From sequence record ON286972: DNA of 64,000 bases, one strand, 5' to 3'. Under the pieces are notes generated by a model, which saw nothing but the letters and a program-made list of their open reading frames with translations, did not search any database and was not told the origin of the DNA. Origin of the DNA: Escherichia phage A4. Position 1 is the first letter of the stretch. Every line of letters starts with the position of its first letter. This document shows, piece after piece, positions 61,594-64,000 of the stretch. Both the position numbers and the translations under genes were made by a program.

Positions 61594-64000
61594 ATGTATA
61601 TCGATGCTTATATGGAACGTAAACGTACTGGTGATATTCTTCATGTAGTTGAACGTAAAAACGGGAAGCGTATTCTCCGTGAACTGGAGCCAGTATTTGA
61701 GTATTATGTAGAATCACCATTAGGTACACACAAAACTGTATATGGTACAATGGCACAACATCTTGAGTTTTCTTCACAGGCTCAAATGAATAAAAGCGTA
61801 GAGCAACACAAAAGTGAAGGTCTACGAATTTTTGAAAGTGATTGTAACATTACGTTTAAAACGTTAGCGAAAGAGTACATGGGTAAGGGTTCTCCTGACC
61901 TTAACATTGCATTCTTCGATATCGAAACAGACTTCCATAAGAAGTTTGGGTATGCACCACCATCAGACCCGTTCAACCGTGTAACTGCAATTTCTTTGTA
62001 TCAATCATGGACTGGTAAGGATTATGTTTTAACACTTCCTCCAGTTGACATGGAAATTTACGAAGCACAAGACATTGTTCGACGTTTGAACGAAGAGACA
62101 AATGATCCTAACAGTACTGTCATCCTTTATACGGATGAAAAAGAAATGTTTATGGAATTCTTTAGTCTTATTGATGATTCTGATGTATTATCAGGGTGGA
62201 ATAGTGAGTTCTTTGATATTCCATACATGATTAACCGCACAAAGAAAATCTTCAATGAAGCAACCACTGCTCGTTGGTGCTTGTGGAATAAGAAGCCTAG
62301 TGCTCGTGAAGCAGATAACTTTGGTAAAACTGTAGTAACCTATGATTTAGTTGGTCGTGTTCACTTAGATTATCTTGCTCTTTATAAGAAACATGCTGGT
62401 CAAGTTGAACAATCATATAAACTAGATTACATTGCAGAGAAAGTAACTAAAGAGAATAAAGTATCTTATGAAGGTTCTTTGGATAAACTATATCGTGAAG
62501 ATTACATTACCTTCTTGCGTTATTCTAAGCAGGATAGTATTCTTCTGAAGAAAATTGATGCTGTATGTGACTTTATCAACCTGCACAACCGTCTTGCTCA
62601 TAAAGAGTGTGTACTAATTAGTACTACAATGGGTTCGGTAGCTCTGATTGATACTGCAATTATTAACCTTGCACATAGTCGTGGTGAAGTGGTATTCAAC
62701 AAAGCACCTAAAGATGATTTTGAAGTTGATTATGAAACAGAATCATATGAAGATGAAGATGATGAAGCAGATGAGAAAATTAGTGCTAAAGCTGCTGGTG
62801 CATGGGTACAAGATCCAGTACTAGGTTTGGTGAGTGATTTGGGATGTACTGACTTTAACTCACTGTATCCAACTGTACTTCGTACACTTGGTATGAGTAC
62901 TGAATGCATTCTTGGTCAACTTCGTCAGGATTACACTGATGCGTATCTTGCTGCTAAAATTCAAGAGCAAAAGGCCAAATCCAAATCGAAATCATTCGAA
63001 CCAGACTGGACTGCTGCATGGCATGGTTTGTTTGCTGCTGTTGAGTTTACAATGGTTCATGAGAAATCAGATCAAACGATCATTGTTGATTTGGAAGATG
63101 GAAGTTCTTTCCAGGCGACAGGTAAAGAGTTGTATGATATAATCTTTGCCGAGGACAGTACTATTGTTCTAAGTGCTAACGGAACACTATTTGACAAGTC
63201 TAAGTATGGTGTAATTCCAGACATTCTAACTCAATGGTATTCTGAACGTAAAGCACAACAAAAGATGGTAATTGATTACAAACACATGTATAGTGATGGT
63301 TGGGAATTTAATGGTCATGAGAAAGTTGAACCACTTCTATCCAACTATACTCCTGGTACAATGTTCCGCACCAACTTACATGAAAATGATCCTGTTTATC
63401 TATTGCGTATTGCAATTGGTAAAGGTCAATGGGAAGATGTAGCTAAACTAATTGTTGAAAATGGTTTAGAACTAAAAGACGGAAGAATTTTCTGTTCTAA
63501 AGAAGATAAAGCATATTTCAAACAACAAAGTGCATTCTGGAAACAGAACCAGCAGATTCGTAAGATTCTTCTAAACAGTCTATATGGTGCACTATTGAAC
63601 AAAGGTTCACGTTTCTTTGATAAGCGTTTGGGTCAGTCTGTTACCTTAACTGGTCGTTCTATGACTAAACACATGGCGAGTCGTATCAATGAAATTACAA
63701 CTGGTGTTTACAATCACCAGGGTGGTTCTGTAATTTATGGCGATACTGACTCCGTATACTTCAGTGTAACCCATTACTTGAAAGAACAAGGTATTCCGTA
63801 CAATCTATCTAAAGAAGAAATTGTTGATATGTACATTAAAATTGGTGATGAAGTTGGTGAGTCCTTCCCATCTTTTATGCATCAGATGTTCAACACTGGA
63901 ATTGAGAAAGGTAAGATTGTAGGTGCTGACCTTGAGATGGTAGGTTCTCGTGGATTGTTCCTGAAGAAGAAACGTTATGCAATTCTGAAGTACTGGGAAG
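61594..64000 (+). CDS. gp43: DNA polymerase gp43 (family B), partial, 3' end beyond window
   Basis: Exo I FFDIETDF, Exo II SGWNSEFFDIPYM, motif A CTDFNSLYPT, motif B KILLNSLYG, motif C YGDTDS; aligns with T4 gp43. Confidence 0.95.
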   Translation, partial: MYIDAYMERKRTGDILHVVERKNGKRILRELEPVFEYYVESPLGTHKTVYGTMAQHLEFSSQAQMNKSVEQHKSEGLRIFESDCNITFKTLAKEYMGKGSPDLNIAFFDIETDFHKKFGYAPPSDPFNRVTAISLYQSWTGKDYVLTLPPVDMEIYEAQDIVRRLNEETNDPNSTVILYTDEKEMFMEFFSLIDDSDVLSGWNSEFFDIPYMINRTKKIFNEATTARWCLWNKKPSAREADNFGKTVVTYDLVGRVHLDYLALYKKHAGQVEQSYKLDYIAEKVTKENKVSYEGSLDKLYREDYITFLRYSKQDSILLKKIDAVCDFINLHNRLAHKECVLISTTMGSVALIDTAIINLAHSRGEVVFNKAPKDDFEVDYETESYEDEDDEADEKISAKAAGAWVQDPVLGLVSDLGCTDFNSLYPTVLRTLGMSTECILGQLRQDYTDAYLAAKIQEQKAKSKSKSFEPDWTAAWHGLFAAVEFTMVHEKSDQTIIVDLEDGSSFQATGKELYDIIFAEDSTIVLSANGTLFDKSKYGVIPDILTQWYSERKAQQKMVIDYKHMYSDGWEFNGHEKVEPLLSNYTPGTMFRTNLHENDPVYLLRIAIGKGQWEDVAKLIVENGLELKDGRIFCSKEDKAYFKQQSAFWKQNQQIRKILLNSLYGALLNKGSRFFDKRLGQSVTLTGRSMTKHMASRINEITTGVYNHQGGSVIYGDTDSVYFSVTHYLKEQGIPYNLSKEEIVDMYIKIGDEVGESFPSFMHQMFNTGIEKGKIVGADLEMVGSRGLFLKKKRYAILKYWE

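Noticed and set aside
1-64000. Integrated prophage or transposon boundaries (integrase, attachment repeats, IS elements)
   Set aside because: No integrase or transposase-like ORF and no long terminal repeats; gene content is that of a lytic T4-like genome throughout.

Overview
This window reads as a densely coded, AT-rich stretch of a T4-like myovirus genome (phage, not bacterial chromosome); G+C is roughly one third by eye, not computed. The T4-like call rests on hand alignment of key proteins to remembered T4 sequences; most other calls are motif- or synteny-based and no database search was run. Layout, left to right: (1) a minus-strand tail-fibre/tailspike locus (1-12265) with six fibre-like genes; (2) three unassigned plus-strand genes (12375-14598); (3) a block bracketed by two near-identical bidirectional terminator hairpins (14601-20369) carrying a Nudix hydrolase, two unknown proteins and a ClpA-like AAA+ unfoldase behind a sigma70-like promoter; (4) a minus-strand baseplate module (20370-40822) with a ~3300-aa giant protein, gp25, a free T4-type lysozyme and a gp5-like spike with an unusual domain order; (5) plus-strand gp55, gp47 and gp46, then an endonuclease VII-like gene; (6) a ~1-kb ORF-free region with a promoter, a terminator and direct repeats; (7) the head module (portal gp20, prohead protease gp21, scaffold, major capsid protein gp23), two GIY-YIG-type genes, another fibre gene and the 5' part of DNA polymerase gp43. 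Two recurring promoter classes are visible: a late ATAAATA-type motif before structural genes and a GACA-N16-TATAAT early-type motif before clpA, gene 55, the ORF-free region and the polymerase block. No tRNA, rRNA, CRISPR array or integrase was found. ORF-track coordinates include the stop codon; several starts were moved to an in-frame ATG with a better Shine-Dalgarno. The most interesting candidates are the early-expressed ClpA homologue with no visible clpP, the terminator-bracketed accessory block around it, and the remodelled gp5 spike.
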